DNA of 64,000 nucleotides, taken from contig JBEKDT010000013.1 of NCBI GenBank assembly GCA_050014195.1, positions 1 through 64,000 on the forward strand, in the 5' to 3' direction. Source of the stretch: Desulfomonilia bacterium (GTDB lineage: Bacteria > Desulfobacterota > Desulfomonilia > UBA1062). Numbering within the stretch: position 1 is the first letter of the stretch; each line of letters starts with the position of its first letter. Both the position numbers and the translations under genes were made by a program. The notes beneath the pieces were generated by a model. That model saw nothing but the letters and a program-made list of their open reading frames with translations. It was not told the DNA's origin and did no database searches. This document shows, piece after piece, positions 40,860 to 49,887 of this stretch.

Positions 40860-41738
40860 ATGAAAAAAAACATTCTCCTATTTCTCGCAATCCTGATGCT
40901 GCCGGTTACCGCAGGTGCCATGACGCCTATCAGCGATCACGAGCTTTCGAATGTGACAGGCCAGGCCGGGGTGAGTATCAGCATGGATGTTATGATGAAC
41001 AGCACCTTTGGTTCATTCAAGTTTTCAGACACCGACAACGATCCTGTAAACTGGATCGAGTTCAACAACATAACAATCACAAGCCGATGGGAAACACTTC
41101 AGGGCAGCCCCCCAATTACCTTAGATATAGCTACCGGGAACAACATAGATAATACCGAGAGGACATGGGTTAACCTGGTTTTATCTCAGTATTCGCAGCC
41201 TGAAACATGGGATATCGGTAATTTCGTTTTCGTCAACCAGGACATCGGCAATCTCCAACTTGAAAATATGATGATGGCAGAGCCTGCTGTTTTGCGTTTC
41301 TCCGCGCATCCCGGCGTTGGAACATCAGGACTGGAATTTGAGTATTTGAGCAGTTGGATGGCCCAGGATATTTCCTATAATTATAATACATCTGGGGGCA
41401 ATCTCCAACTATCCGGCATACATTTTGCGGCATCAGCGAGCAGCCCCACCGATGACCCGAGCAATCCTTCTACCTGGCAGTTCACCGGATCGTTCCGCGT
41501 GGGAGATCTAATGGGAGGTAACATCCCTGTTGACAGCACCAACGCCTCTGTTCCTAACCCTGCAACCTTTGATGTAGGCACCACTTCAGACGGGTATACA
41601 TCCGTGTATCTTAATCTTCCGCTCAAGGGTACGATCAGGGTTGCGGATGTACAGTTCGGAGGTCAAGATCTCGGTCCTATCGCCATTGACGGTATTGTTG
41701 CGCACCATCTTTTTGTAAAGATCGGTGGAGCTAACTGA
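40860..41738 (+). CDS. Secreted DUF6160/FilA-like protein 3
   Basis: Signal peptide AGA|MTPISDHELSNVTGQAGVSISMDVMMN, near-identical to the N-terminus of protein 2. Confidence 0.75.
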   Translation: MKKNILLFLAILMLPVTAGAMTPISDHELSNVTGQAGVSISMDVMMNSTFGSFKFSDTDNDPVNWIEFNNITITSRWETLQGSPPITLDIATGNNIDNTERTWVNLVLSQYSQPETWDIGNFVFVNQDIGNLQLENMMMAEPAVLRFSAHPGVGTSGLEFEYLSSWMAQDISYNYNTSGGNLQLSGIHFAASASSPTDDPSNPSTWQFTGSFRVGDLMGGNIPVDSTNASVPNPATFDVGTTSDGYTSVYLNLPLKGTIRVADVQFGGQDLGPIAIDGIVAHHLFVKIGGAN

Positions 41739-41758
41739 CCATTCATTAGTCAGACCTG

Positions 41759-42523
41759 ATGCCTATTGTTATCGGCTTTTTTATCATATTGACTTTCCTT
41801 GGAACCATGTATCCCCTCAGAGACATTCCCAAGGGAGACATGCAGATTTTTCCCCATATGGCCGGGATAGAGAACCTCCCGCTTAGATATAATGTACAAC
41901 CATTTACTGAAGAATTCAATTTCAAGAATGTTGTGAAACAGCAATATGATTATAGCTGTGGCTCCGCTGCCCTTGCCACGCTTCTCAACTATTACCTTGG
42001 GGAGCAATTCAGCGAGCAGCAGGTAATTCAGGGCCTCATGCACTATGGCGATGCCGAGAAAATCCAGGAGCGAAGGGCGTTCTCACTGCTCGATATGAAA
42101 CGTTTTTGTGAGGTGCTCGGGTATAAAGCTGAAGGGTATAAAGCGGATCTCGATGATCTCAAGGCCTTACATAAGTCTGCAATTGTCCCCATAGAATTAA
42201 CAGGATACAAACATTTCGTCGTATTCCGCGGCTTCTATAAAGACCACATTTTTTTTGCAGATCCATACAGAGGCAATTCAAGCTTTACTATTGATAAATT
42301 TCTTGAGATATGGAGCCAGAATGTCATCTTCGTTGTATCGAGTGAGACCGTGCAGACGAATGCCCTTCGGTTGAAGAACGAAGACTTGCGAATCATCGAC
42401 TATGACTTCACAAAAGATGCAATAGCACAAATACCCATTCCCCAAACCATCACGGAGCAGCAGCGATTGATCGAATCTCTGGGCGGGAAAGTATTTAAGA
42501 CCCAAAATGGGAATGTATATTGA
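41759..42523 (+). CDS. Stand-alone C39 cysteine peptidase (FapD/FilB-like)
   Basis: QQYDYSCGSAALATLL (Cys), FSLLDMK, YKHFVV (His), ADP (Asp); N-terminal hydrophobic anchor; no ABC domain. Confidence 0.9.
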   Translation: MPIVIGFFIILTFLGTMYPLRDIPKGDMQIFPHMAGIENLPLRYNVQPFTEEFNFKNVVKQQYDYSCGSAALATLLNYYLGEQFSEQQVIQGLMHYGDAEKIQERRAFSLLDMKRFCEVLGYKAEGYKADLDDLKALHKSAIVPIELTGYKHFVVFRGFYKDHIFFADPYRGNSSFTIDKFLEIWSQNVIFVVSSETVQTNALRLKNEDLRIIDYDFTKDAIAQIPIPQTITEQQRLIESLGGKVFKTQNGNVY

Positions 42524-42611
42524 CGACACTTGATATTGTAAGATTAACGCTTTGTATTCGCAATTAAATAATGTATTAAATAAAATATTCATACTATGCG
42601 AGGGTCTATCA

Positions 42612-43679
42612 GTGAGACAAGCTTTGTTAGTAGGACTGATGGTCATGTTCATAATGGGTTCAAGCAGGGTTTTATATGCAGATGATCAGCCAAAGAATGA
42701 TAACTCCCAACAGGAGCTGCTTGATCGGATAGATACGCTGGAAAAGGAGCTGCAAAAGCTCGAGGAGGAAGGCAAGGCAAGAAAGAGCCTGGAAGTCACC
42801 GAAGAGGAAAAGGGTGAGAAAGAAAAAGAGGTGCTGGAGGCAGTAAGCAGGGAATATACCCTTTCGGCCAAAGGCACCTTGTCAATAGATTATGGTCTCA
42901 ATTATTCCTATTCCCCGAGTGAAACTATTTATACTACGGCACAGGCGCTCCAGTTGCAACGTGCTGTAAATCATACTATTACAAATTCCATTTACACCTC
43001 ATACAGTTTTCTGGACAACCTCACGACAAGCCTTAGCCTGCCCATTGTTTACCGTTATGACAAGGTGGGGACAGACCAAAGCCTTAGTGAAACAGATATC
43101 GGAGATATATCATTTGGGTTTGCCTTCCAACTCCCCCATCAGCTTAAAATACCTGGAGGTATTACTAGCACCTACAGCTTTGGCGCCGCATTTCCCACAG
43201 GCCGGAGCCCATACAAAATCAACCCGAATACCGAGCTCTCTACAGGTAGCGGAGAGTACTCGTATTCATTAGGGGGCAGCTTCAGCAAACAGATTGATCC
43301 TGTAGTTGTATTCTGGAGCCTTGGAATAGGATACCCATTAGGTCTCAAGAATCTCAATTACAAGATATCGGACACGTACACATTGGTTAAAGTAGACCCC
43401 CCACTTTCCTATAGTCTCAGCATGGGTATGGGGTATGCTCTATCATATGCCAACTCCATCAATATGTCATTCTCTTACGCATATGCACAATCAACAAAAC
43501 TGACCTATAAGGAATTAACATCACCTGTTAAAACGGGAGACAGTGTTTCTGCTTCATTTGGAGTGGGTATGGGCTTTATGGTTACACCCAAGACGACTGT
43601 ATCGGTCTCGCTTGCATACAGTCTGGTAAGTGCAGGGTTCTCGTTGTCCACCAGAATACCTTTTGATTTTGTGTTGTGA
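42612..43679 (+). CDS. OM transporter barrel with N-terminal coiled coil (FapF/FilC-like)
   Basis: Signal peptide, QQELLDRIDTLEKELQKLEEE coiled coil, IGDISFG, PTGRSPY...LSTGSG, IDPVVVF, C-terminal RIPFDF. Confidence 0.75.
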   Translation: MRQALLVGLMVMFIMGSSRVLYADDQPKNDNSQQELLDRIDTLEKELQKLEEEGKARKSLEVTEEEKGEKEKEVLEAVSREYTLSAKGTLSIDYGLNYSYSPSETIYTTAQALQLQRAVNHTITNSIYTSYSFLDNLTTSLSLPIVYRYDKVGTDQSLSETDIGDISFGFAFQLPHQLKIPGGITSTYSFGAAFPTGRSPYKINPNTELSTGSGEYSYSLGGSFSKQIDPVVVFWSLGIGYPLGLKNLNYKISDTYTLVKVDPPLSYSLSMGMGYALSYANSINMSFSYAYAQSTKLTYKELTSPVKTGDSVSASFGVGMGFMVTPKTTVSVSLAYSLVSAGFSLSTRIPFDFVL

Positions 43680-43692
43680 GGAGGTTAGTCAG

Positions 43693-45390
43693 ATGAAGAG
43701 ATTCCGCTTTACCTTCCTTTTCATCCTGATTTTAATGACATATTTACCTTCCACACTGTTTGCAGCCCTGTACGAACAGCTTGCCATCTCGGCCCTTGGC
43801 GGCTCCATGGGCAATGCTGTGACCGCATATCCGGAAGAAGCCGGTGCTTTGTCTATACATTACAACCCGGCAGGACTTGCGGATATCCCGGGTACGCGTT
43901 TTGATAACGGTCTTGGGATAGTCGAAACTTATCGACAGGTTACCTTTCATCAGGCCATCGACCCCATTACAGGCAAGCCCTGGGCACCGTTCGGTCAGAA
44001 TAACATTCCTGGGTTCAATAATGGGGTAGATCCGCTTAACGGTGTGAAAGCCAAGCAGTCAAGCGGATTTATGATTGTACCTTATATTGATTTTGATTTG
44101 CCATATCTTATAACACCCTCTATGGGCATCTCATATAAGCCGCCTGAGCCGCAATACTCCCGATGGACCTTTGGGTTTGGTCAGTTTGCTCCCTTTGGGG
44201 CAGGGCTCAAGAACTCAGCAAACAGTCCGTTGAGCTTCTTGGGCCAGGAGGCCTGGTTTGTGAGGATGAGCTTCATAACACCTGCTGTTGCCTATAAGCT
44301 TTCTGATACTGTCTCAATAGGGGCATCGGTGGGGGTTGGTCCGTCAATGTTCATGCTCGAGACAAATTTAAGGACCCCCAACACCATGGTCGCACTGACC
44401 GGTGCCCTTGGAAATGCGACGAAAGGTCTCGAGATCCCGGTGGTATCCGAGCTCACATTACCACCGCCCTGGTTCAACGGCGGAATGACACCATATACAC
44501 CCCAGGGTCATCTCATGCTGCAAGTGGAAGACTATATCACCACCTCTTACAACTTAGGTATTCTCTGGAAACCCTACGATTGGTTCTCCTTTGGGGCATG
44601 TTACCAGAGCGAGTCCGAAGCCAATATGACAGGAACTTTCAAGTTATCATACGGTTACCAATTCCGCAGGACGGTTGACTGGTTTGGCAGATCACCTCTG
44701 ACGATTGTTACAGCAGCCATTTTTGACTTGCCGACCCAGTCGGTACCTTACCAGGCAGGTAACGCCTCCATGGACCTGACTTGGCCGGCCCGCCTCCAGA
44801 TGGGCATAATGCTCAATCCCATTAAACAGGTGAAATTTACTTGTGATGCAAACTGGACAGACTGGGCCGTGCAGCCGGATTGGAAGTTCGTTTTTGATCA
44901 AAAGATCCAACTCTACCGTTTCGCTCGGATGCTTGGGTATCGGTATTCAACTGATACCCAGGTAATAACGCAAGACTTTAAGGACACCTGGAACTTGAGT
45001 TATGGCTGTGAGCTCAAGCCCGATGCAAAGCACACACTGCGTTTCGGGTATGACGCACGGCCGACGTCAGTCAGGAACAATCTCTTCGGGCCTTTGCCCT
45101 TCTCGGATATCACGATCTACTCTGCAGGCCTCGGGATCGTGGTAGATGACAAGCCCAAGCCCAAACCGCGGAACTTCAATGAACGCTTGCAACAGCTCAA
45201 TAATCCAAATGAAATAAACATTACGGTGAGTTACATAAAACTTGCTGATAAGACCGTCTTGAGCAACACCAGTAAAAACCTCAACTCCACGACTTTCACC
45301 GACATTGTTTATAATCCCTATTCAGGGCTCGATTGGACTCAGAAGATGCACCTATGGTGGTTTTCAATAGATCAGGTTTTCAAGTGGTAG
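43693..45390 (+). CDS. OmpP1/FadL-family OM protein (FilD-like)
   Basis: RBS GAGGAGG, signal peptide, SMGNAVTA...SIHYNPAGL, APFGAG, TPAVAYKLSDTVSIG, terminal W. Confidence 0.8.
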   Translation: MKRFRFTFLFILILMTYLPSTLFAALYEQLAISALGGSMGNAVTAYPEEAGALSIHYNPAGLADIPGTRFDNGLGIVETYRQVTFHQAIDPITGKPWAPFGQNNIPGFNNGVDPLNGVKAKQSSGFMIVPYIDFDLPYLITPSMGISYKPPEPQYSRWTFGFGQFAPFGAGLKNSANSPLSFLGQEAWFVRMSFITPAVAYKLSDTVSIGASVGVGPSMFMLETNLRTPNTMVALTGALGNATKGLEIPVVSELTLPPPWFNGGMTPYTPQGHLMLQVEDYITTSYNLGILWKPYDWFSFGACYQSESEANMTGTFKLSYGYQFRRTVDWFGRSPLTIVTAAIFDLPTQSVPYQAGNASMDLTWPARLQMGIMLNPIKQVKFTCDANWTDWAVQPDWKFVFDQKIQLYRFARMLGYRYSTDTQVITQDFKDTWNLSYGCELKPDAKHTLRFGYDARPTSVRNNLFGPLPFSDITIYSAGLGIVVDDKPKPKPRNFNERLQQLNNPNEINITVSYIKLADKTVLSNTSKNLNSTTFTDIVYNPYSGLDWTQKMHLWWFSIDQVFKW

Positions 45391-45458
45391 ATTGAATTTA
45401 GATATAAGGTTCATCACCGTAAAGCATACTCGGATCATTGAGGAGCACACAGAGGGAT

Positions 45459-45668
45459 TTCTCACCACGAAGGACACGAAGCATCAATTTGATGAACTCT
45501 CGACCCGGGTCATTGGCTGTGCCATCGAGGTACATCATATTCTAAATGAAGTTGGCAGGTGTTAAGACCGGCCTGCTGATCAACTTCAATGTGAAAGTGC
45601 TTCGGACGGGTGTTAAGCGTTTTGTCCTATGATCTTCTTCGTGCTCTTCGTGTCCTTCGTGGTGAGAA
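45459..45668 (+). pseudogene. Internally deleted GxxExxY gene flanked by 23-bp inverted repeats
   Basis: FDELSTRVIGCAIEVHHIL (N-terminus) joined out of frame to MKLAGVKTGLLINFNVKVLRTGVKRFVL* (C-terminus); perfect IR TTCTCACCACGAAGGACACGAAG at 45459-45481 and 45646-45668. Confidence 0.8.
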
Positions 45669-45795
45669 CAATAGGTTGGGAAAGGATGCAAACCATATTT
45701 CATGAGCTTGCTTCACAATAGCAAAACCTGTATAGGATAAATTGATCGTTATATCTGGTCATACTGAACTATCTGAGAAAAGGAGAAGGTCCAGC

Positions 45796-47304
45796 ATGAA
45801 AATTTCAATACACTATCTGGTTATAATCTGTGTATTTCTCTTTATGGTAAACGGGCCGGGCTTTGCGGCCGATAACACGATAATCAAAGAAGATGTATAT
45901 GTTGTTATAAAACCGATTCCGGGGTTTGGAATATATGCCAATTCAATGGTCCCTAGTCCCGATTCCAATCATTTGGCATGCGTTGCAAAGAAAGGGGATA
46001 AATATTGCACTATCTACGATGGAAAACCACTTACACTTTATGATTCGATTGCGAAAGGTACACCTACCTTCAGTCTTGATTCTGAACACATGTTATATAA
46101 AGCAAAAAAAAGGAATAAATGGGTAGTTAATCTAGATTCTAAAGAAGGAAAAACATACGCTGAGATCGGGATACCGTTTTTTACCCCCGATTGTAAACGG
46201 GTATATTATGTGGTTGAGGATTTGGGAAAACAATTTGTAGTCTTGGATGGGAAAGAGGGTGCCAAATATGATGGCATACCTCAAGAAAGGAACCTCACAT
46301 TCAGTCCGGATTCCAAACACATTGCTTATGCAGCATTTAAAAATAAGAAAATGATCGTTGTGTCGGACGGGAAGGAAGGGACGAGTTATGACCAGGTGTC
46401 TTCACCCCGCTTTAGTCCTGATTCAAAGGTATTAGTCTATCCTGCAGAGAAGAGTAAGAAGTGGCTTTTTGTAAAGAATGGAGTGGAGGATGGGAAGCAG
46501 TATGATACGATCGGCACATACACTTTTAGCCTTGATTCATCACATTTTGCATACTCTGCTAAAAAAGGTGACAAAAAATTCATGGTGCTTGACGGGAAAG
46601 AAGGGATTCCGTTCGATGATGTTGCAATGCCCATATTCAGTCCCGACTCTAAACAGCTGGCCTATCTCGGGATAGAAAATAAAAAATGGTTCATGGTATT
46701 CAACAATGAAAAAGGAAAGCCATATGATGAAATAAAAGACCTTAGCTTCAGCAGGGACTCGCTGCACCACAGCCTGACAGTAAGAAAAGGAAACAAGTGG
46801 TCCATTATTTCTGATGGCAAAGTAGGACCGAATTATGATGATATCGCTTTGCCGCTATATACCACTGATTCCAAACATCTGATTTATCTCACGAGTAACA
46901 ATAAAAAGGGGAGGATTGTTTTTGATGGGAAAGAAAGTCAACCGTATGATGTAGTATCACTCGTCGTATTCAGCAAAGACTCTCAACATATGATGTACAT
47001 GGCTAAAAAAGATGAGAAATGGTTTATCGTAAAGGATGGAAAAGAATCGGCCCACTATGATGGGGTTGCACTCCCTACATTCAGTCCTGATTCAAAGCAC
47101 TATGCATTTATCTGTTTGAAAAAAGGTGTATGGTCTATAGTATGTGACGGAGTGGAGGGGAAAGCGGAATTTGCCGGCTTCCTTAAAGACTCAAGTATCG
47201 AATTTGATTCGCCAACGCATATTCATATTCTTGCAATGCAGGTGGCGTCAGGAGGCACAACCCCTGAACTTAAATTTGTCAAGCTTACAGTAGATATAAA
47301 ATAG
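45796..47304 (+). CDS. Secreted beta-propeller repeat protein (PD40/TolB-like)
   Basis: RBS AGGAG, signal peptide, about 11 repeats of ~37 aa, FSPDSKH-x-AY-x-A-x-K...DGKEG-x2-YD. Confidence 0.8.
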   Translation: MKISIHYLVIICVFLFMVNGPGFAADNTIIKEDVYVVIKPIPGFGIYANSMVPSPDSNHLACVAKKGDKYCTIYDGKPLTLYDSIAKGTPTFSLDSEHMLYKAKKRNKWVVNLDSKEGKTYAEIGIPFFTPDCKRVYYVVEDLGKQFVVLDGKEGAKYDGIPQERNLTFSPDSKHIAYAAFKNKKMIVVSDGKEGTSYDQVSSPRFSPDSKVLVYPAEKSKKWLFVKNGVEDGKQYDTIGTYTFSLDSSHFAYSAKKGDKKFMVLDGKEGIPFDDVAMPIFSPDSKQLAYLGIENKKWFMVFNNEKGKPYDEIKDLSFSRDSLHHSLTVRKGNKWSIISDGKVGPNYDDIALPLYTTDSKHLIYLTSNNKKGRIVFDGKESQPYDVVSLVVFSKDSQHMMYMAKKDEKWFIVKDGKESAHYDGVALPTFSPDSKHYAFICLKKGVWSIVCDGVEGKAEFAGFLKDSSIEFDSPTHIHILAMQVASGGTTPELKFVKLTVDIK

Positions 47305-47343
47305 AAACAGCTCCGATCTGGTCGCATAATTTTACATTACTCT

Positions 47344-47467
47344 AGAGGCAATTGCAAAACTTAAAAAAGGTGTCACCCCCGCGAAAGCGGGGGTCCAGAA
47401 GTTTTTGAAAAGACTGGATTCGAAGCTTCCGCGGGAATGACGATCTTGGTCTTTTGCAATCGGCTCT
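47344..47467. repeat. REP/MITE-like element, copy 2 (core 47371-47441, inverted relative to copy 1)
   Basis: TGTCACCCCCGCGAAAGCGGGGGTCCAG...CTGGATTCGAAGCTTCCGCGGGAATGAC within outer IR AGAGGCAATTGCAAAA / TTTTGCAATCGGCTCT. Confidence 0.8.
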
Positions 47468-47531
47468 TTATATTATTCAATATTATATAAAACGGAGCAA
47501 TACTATATTTTATTATATACCAACTATAAAG

Positions 47532-49835
47532 ATGCGCAGTTATCGTTTTAGTACCCTATTATTTCTTATTTTTCTTGCTATTGTAGTTCTTGCTACAATT
47601 GCTCTTAGATATGCAGAACCTATAAATGATGGAGATATCTGGTTTCACCTCGCATATGGCAGATATTTTATTGAACATCATACCTTGACGGTAGATCATT
47701 CCATTTTCAGCTGGACCCCTGCTAAAAGCCATTGGATATATTGTGCATGGATACCCCAGACCATTTTTTATCTGCTCTATGAAACATGCGGATTCTCTAG
47801 TCTATATGCATTGCGGTATCTGGTCATTATCACGTTTCTATTTTTTGTATTTTTAATAGCAGGAAAGAATCGGGCTAAATTTTTACCATACATCTTGCTC
47901 ATATGCCTTATAGGCTTACTGATGGCTCCTGCAGGTCTGCGCATCAAGGCTGATCTCTTTTCATTTTTATTCATGACCACCCTTGTATTCCTGTGGTTCA
48001 GATTCAAGATCAACCCTGATAAAAGCTGGCCTGTTCTTTATTTGTTGCCAGTGCTGTTCTTGTTCTGGGTGAATTCCCATCCTGGTTTCATCTTCGGGGC
48101 AATATTTCTCAGTCTTGTCTTTACAGGAGAGATTATTAATCGACTTGCCGGATCATCAGAAAAAATCCATCAGAAGATCTTGATCCATTTATTCATCGCC
48201 TGTGTTTTAAGCATGGTTTCAGTCTTTATAACCCCTTATGGATGGGAATATCCGATTTCTCTGGTAAATGAGCTTATTTTCAATTCAAAAGCTTTTTCCA
48301 GGGATATCCGGTCAATCGCTGAATATCAGTCTATCTTTTTACCCCAAGCATCTCATTTTCACTTCATCGATTACCTCACGGCTTCATCGGTCGTGCTTGC
48401 AATGCTTTTACTTGCCCAACTGAAAAGACATCGCATCGATTGGGGGGTTTTGCTTGTAACCGCCTTCTTCATGATCCTTTATATGAAATACATGAGATTA
48501 ACCTATTACTGGGCAATTATCTTTGTATTTTTAGCAAGTTACTTAGCAAGACAGGTTTACCAGAATGATCCAGGACCTTTAATAAAAAAACCGCTGAAAA
48601 TTGCAATCCATGGCATTACCTTTATTCTTTTGCTATTTTTTGCCGTGCGAGCGCAATATGAAACTTTCTGCGCCCCAACTATTGGATTTAACCCTAATTA
48701 TATAAGCCCAGAATCAGAAGCAGGCTATATACGCCAGAACTTCCCACATATGCTCATGGGGAATGATTACTATTGTGGCTCTTATCTTCTTTGGTCACTA
48801 TGGCCCACAAAAAAAGTATTCATTGATGCACGATATTTTCCCTATAGTGAATGGTATGATGAAGCACATAAATTCGAAGGTAGTAAAGATAAAGCCACAA
48901 TAGAATCTCTATTAAAAAAGTATAAATGCGATCTATGGTGCCTCTCCTATTATACGCCGGTACTCCAATATTTCATTACATCGCCGGATTGGAGGCTTGT
49001 TTACTATGGGCCTTCAGCCTGCATTTTCCTGTCAAATAGAGTAGATATATCTCAACAAACCCGTTCCGTTGCTGAATCTATATCTAAAGTCGGCATATAT
49101 CAGGCCTATCTTATCACCATGTTTGCATTACGAGTAGGTGATCTTGAAGTTGCGAATAATATCGTGAAGGCAATGAAGCCAAATCCGATTTGTCCCTTGC
49201 AGGCTAGTTGGGCAATTAATGCCAAGCTCAATGTCGGCGATAACCTTCTCAACCAAGGGAAATATTATGATGCTATCGGAGTTTACTCTGATGCTATCAT
49301 GCAAGTTCAGCAGCATCCTTTACTCAGTCATCTTTGGGGCCATGACTTTTATACTGATCTTGTCATGATTCACCAGAATCTTGGCAATTCACTTATGAAG
49401 GTAAATCAAATTGGTGAGGCAATCAAGCAGTACAATCAGGCCTTGAAAATAAAACCCGACCTTGCCACTGCCCAAAGTAATCTTGCTCTTGCAATGGCTC
49501 AGATGACAAAGATTGATGAATCCATATCAAAGCTCGAATACATCTTAAAAAACAATCCCTATCCTCTGAAGATACTTAACTCTTTGGCTGTATATTATTC
49601 AATGAAGGGACAATACGATAGAAGTATAGATTATTTAATGAAAGAGCTAAACATAACCCCCGAGAACCCTGGGGTCTATTATAATTTAGCATGTATATAC
49701 TCCAGACAGAATAGATTGGAGGAGTCAAAAATATTTCTGGATAAGGCTATCAAGAAAGGTTTCAATGATTGGGATATGCTGAAAAAAGATCATGATCTGG
49801 ACAACTTGAGGAATACAACAAACTATAAAAACTAA
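47532..49835 (+). CDS. Polytopic membrane protein, putative GT-C glycosyltransferase, with C-terminal TPRs
   Basis: DGDIWFHLAYGRY, WVNSHPGF, ITPYGW, VFIDAR motifs; TPR tail. Confidence 0.7.
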   Translation: MRSYRFSTLLFLIFLAIVVLATIALRYAEPINDGDIWFHLAYGRYFIEHHTLTVDHSIFSWTPAKSHWIYCAWIPQTIFYLLYETCGFSSLYALRYLVIITFLFFVFLIAGKNRAKFLPYILLICLIGLLMAPAGLRIKADLFSFLFMTTLVFLWFRFKINPDKSWPVLYLLPVLFLFWVNSHPGFIFGAIFLSLVFTGEIINRLAGSSEKIHQKILIHLFIACVLSMVSVFITPYGWEYPISLVNELIFNSKAFSRDIRSIAEYQSIFLPQASHFHFIDYLTASSVVLAMLLLAQLKRHRIDWGVLLVTAFFMILYMKYMRLTYYWAIIFVFLASYLARQVYQNDPGPLIKKPLKIAIHGITFILLLFFAVRAQYETFCAPTIGFNPNYISPESEAGYIRQNFPHMLMGNDYYCGSYLLWSLWPTKKVFIDARYFPYSEWYDEAHKFEGSKDKATIESLLKKYKCDLWCLSYYTPVLQYFITSPDWRLVYYGPSACIFLSNRVDISQQTRSVAESISKVGIYQAYLITMFALRVGDLEVANNIVKAMKPNPICPLQASWAINAKLNVGDNLLNQGKYYDAIGVYSDAIMQVQQHPLLSHLWGHDFYTDLVMIHQNLGNSLMKVNQIGEAIKQYNQALKIKPDLATAQSNLALAMAQMTKIDESISKLEYILKNNPYPLKILNSLAVYYSMKGQYDRSIDYLMKELNITPENPGVYYNLACIYSRQNRLEESKIFLDKAIKKGFNDWDMLKKDHDLDNLRNTTNYKN

Positions 49836-49870
49836 ACGACCCTCGCCTTCCAGGAGAGGGTCGTTTAGTT
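49830..49870. terminator. Bidirectional terminator between convergent genes
   Basis: AACTAAACGACCCTC...GAGGGTCGTTTAGTT 15-bp perfect stem. Confidence 0.8.
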
Positions 49871-49887
49871 AAAGTGCAGAATAAATT

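Noticed and set aside
38546-41738. Canonical Fap/curli amyloid subunits or type IV pilins
   Set aside because: No N/Q-rich amyloid repeats and no class III prepilin motif (G|FxxxE); only the export machinery is Fap-like.
41759-42523. Bacteriocin/RiPP ABC exporter
   Set aside because: The C39 domain is stand-alone, no ABC or HlyD genes are nearby, and the candidate substrates carry Sec signals.
47454-47531. N-terminal extension of the GT-C/TPR ORF
   Set aside because: The TTG start lies inside the repeat element's inverted repeat; ATG 47532 precedes the first TM helix.
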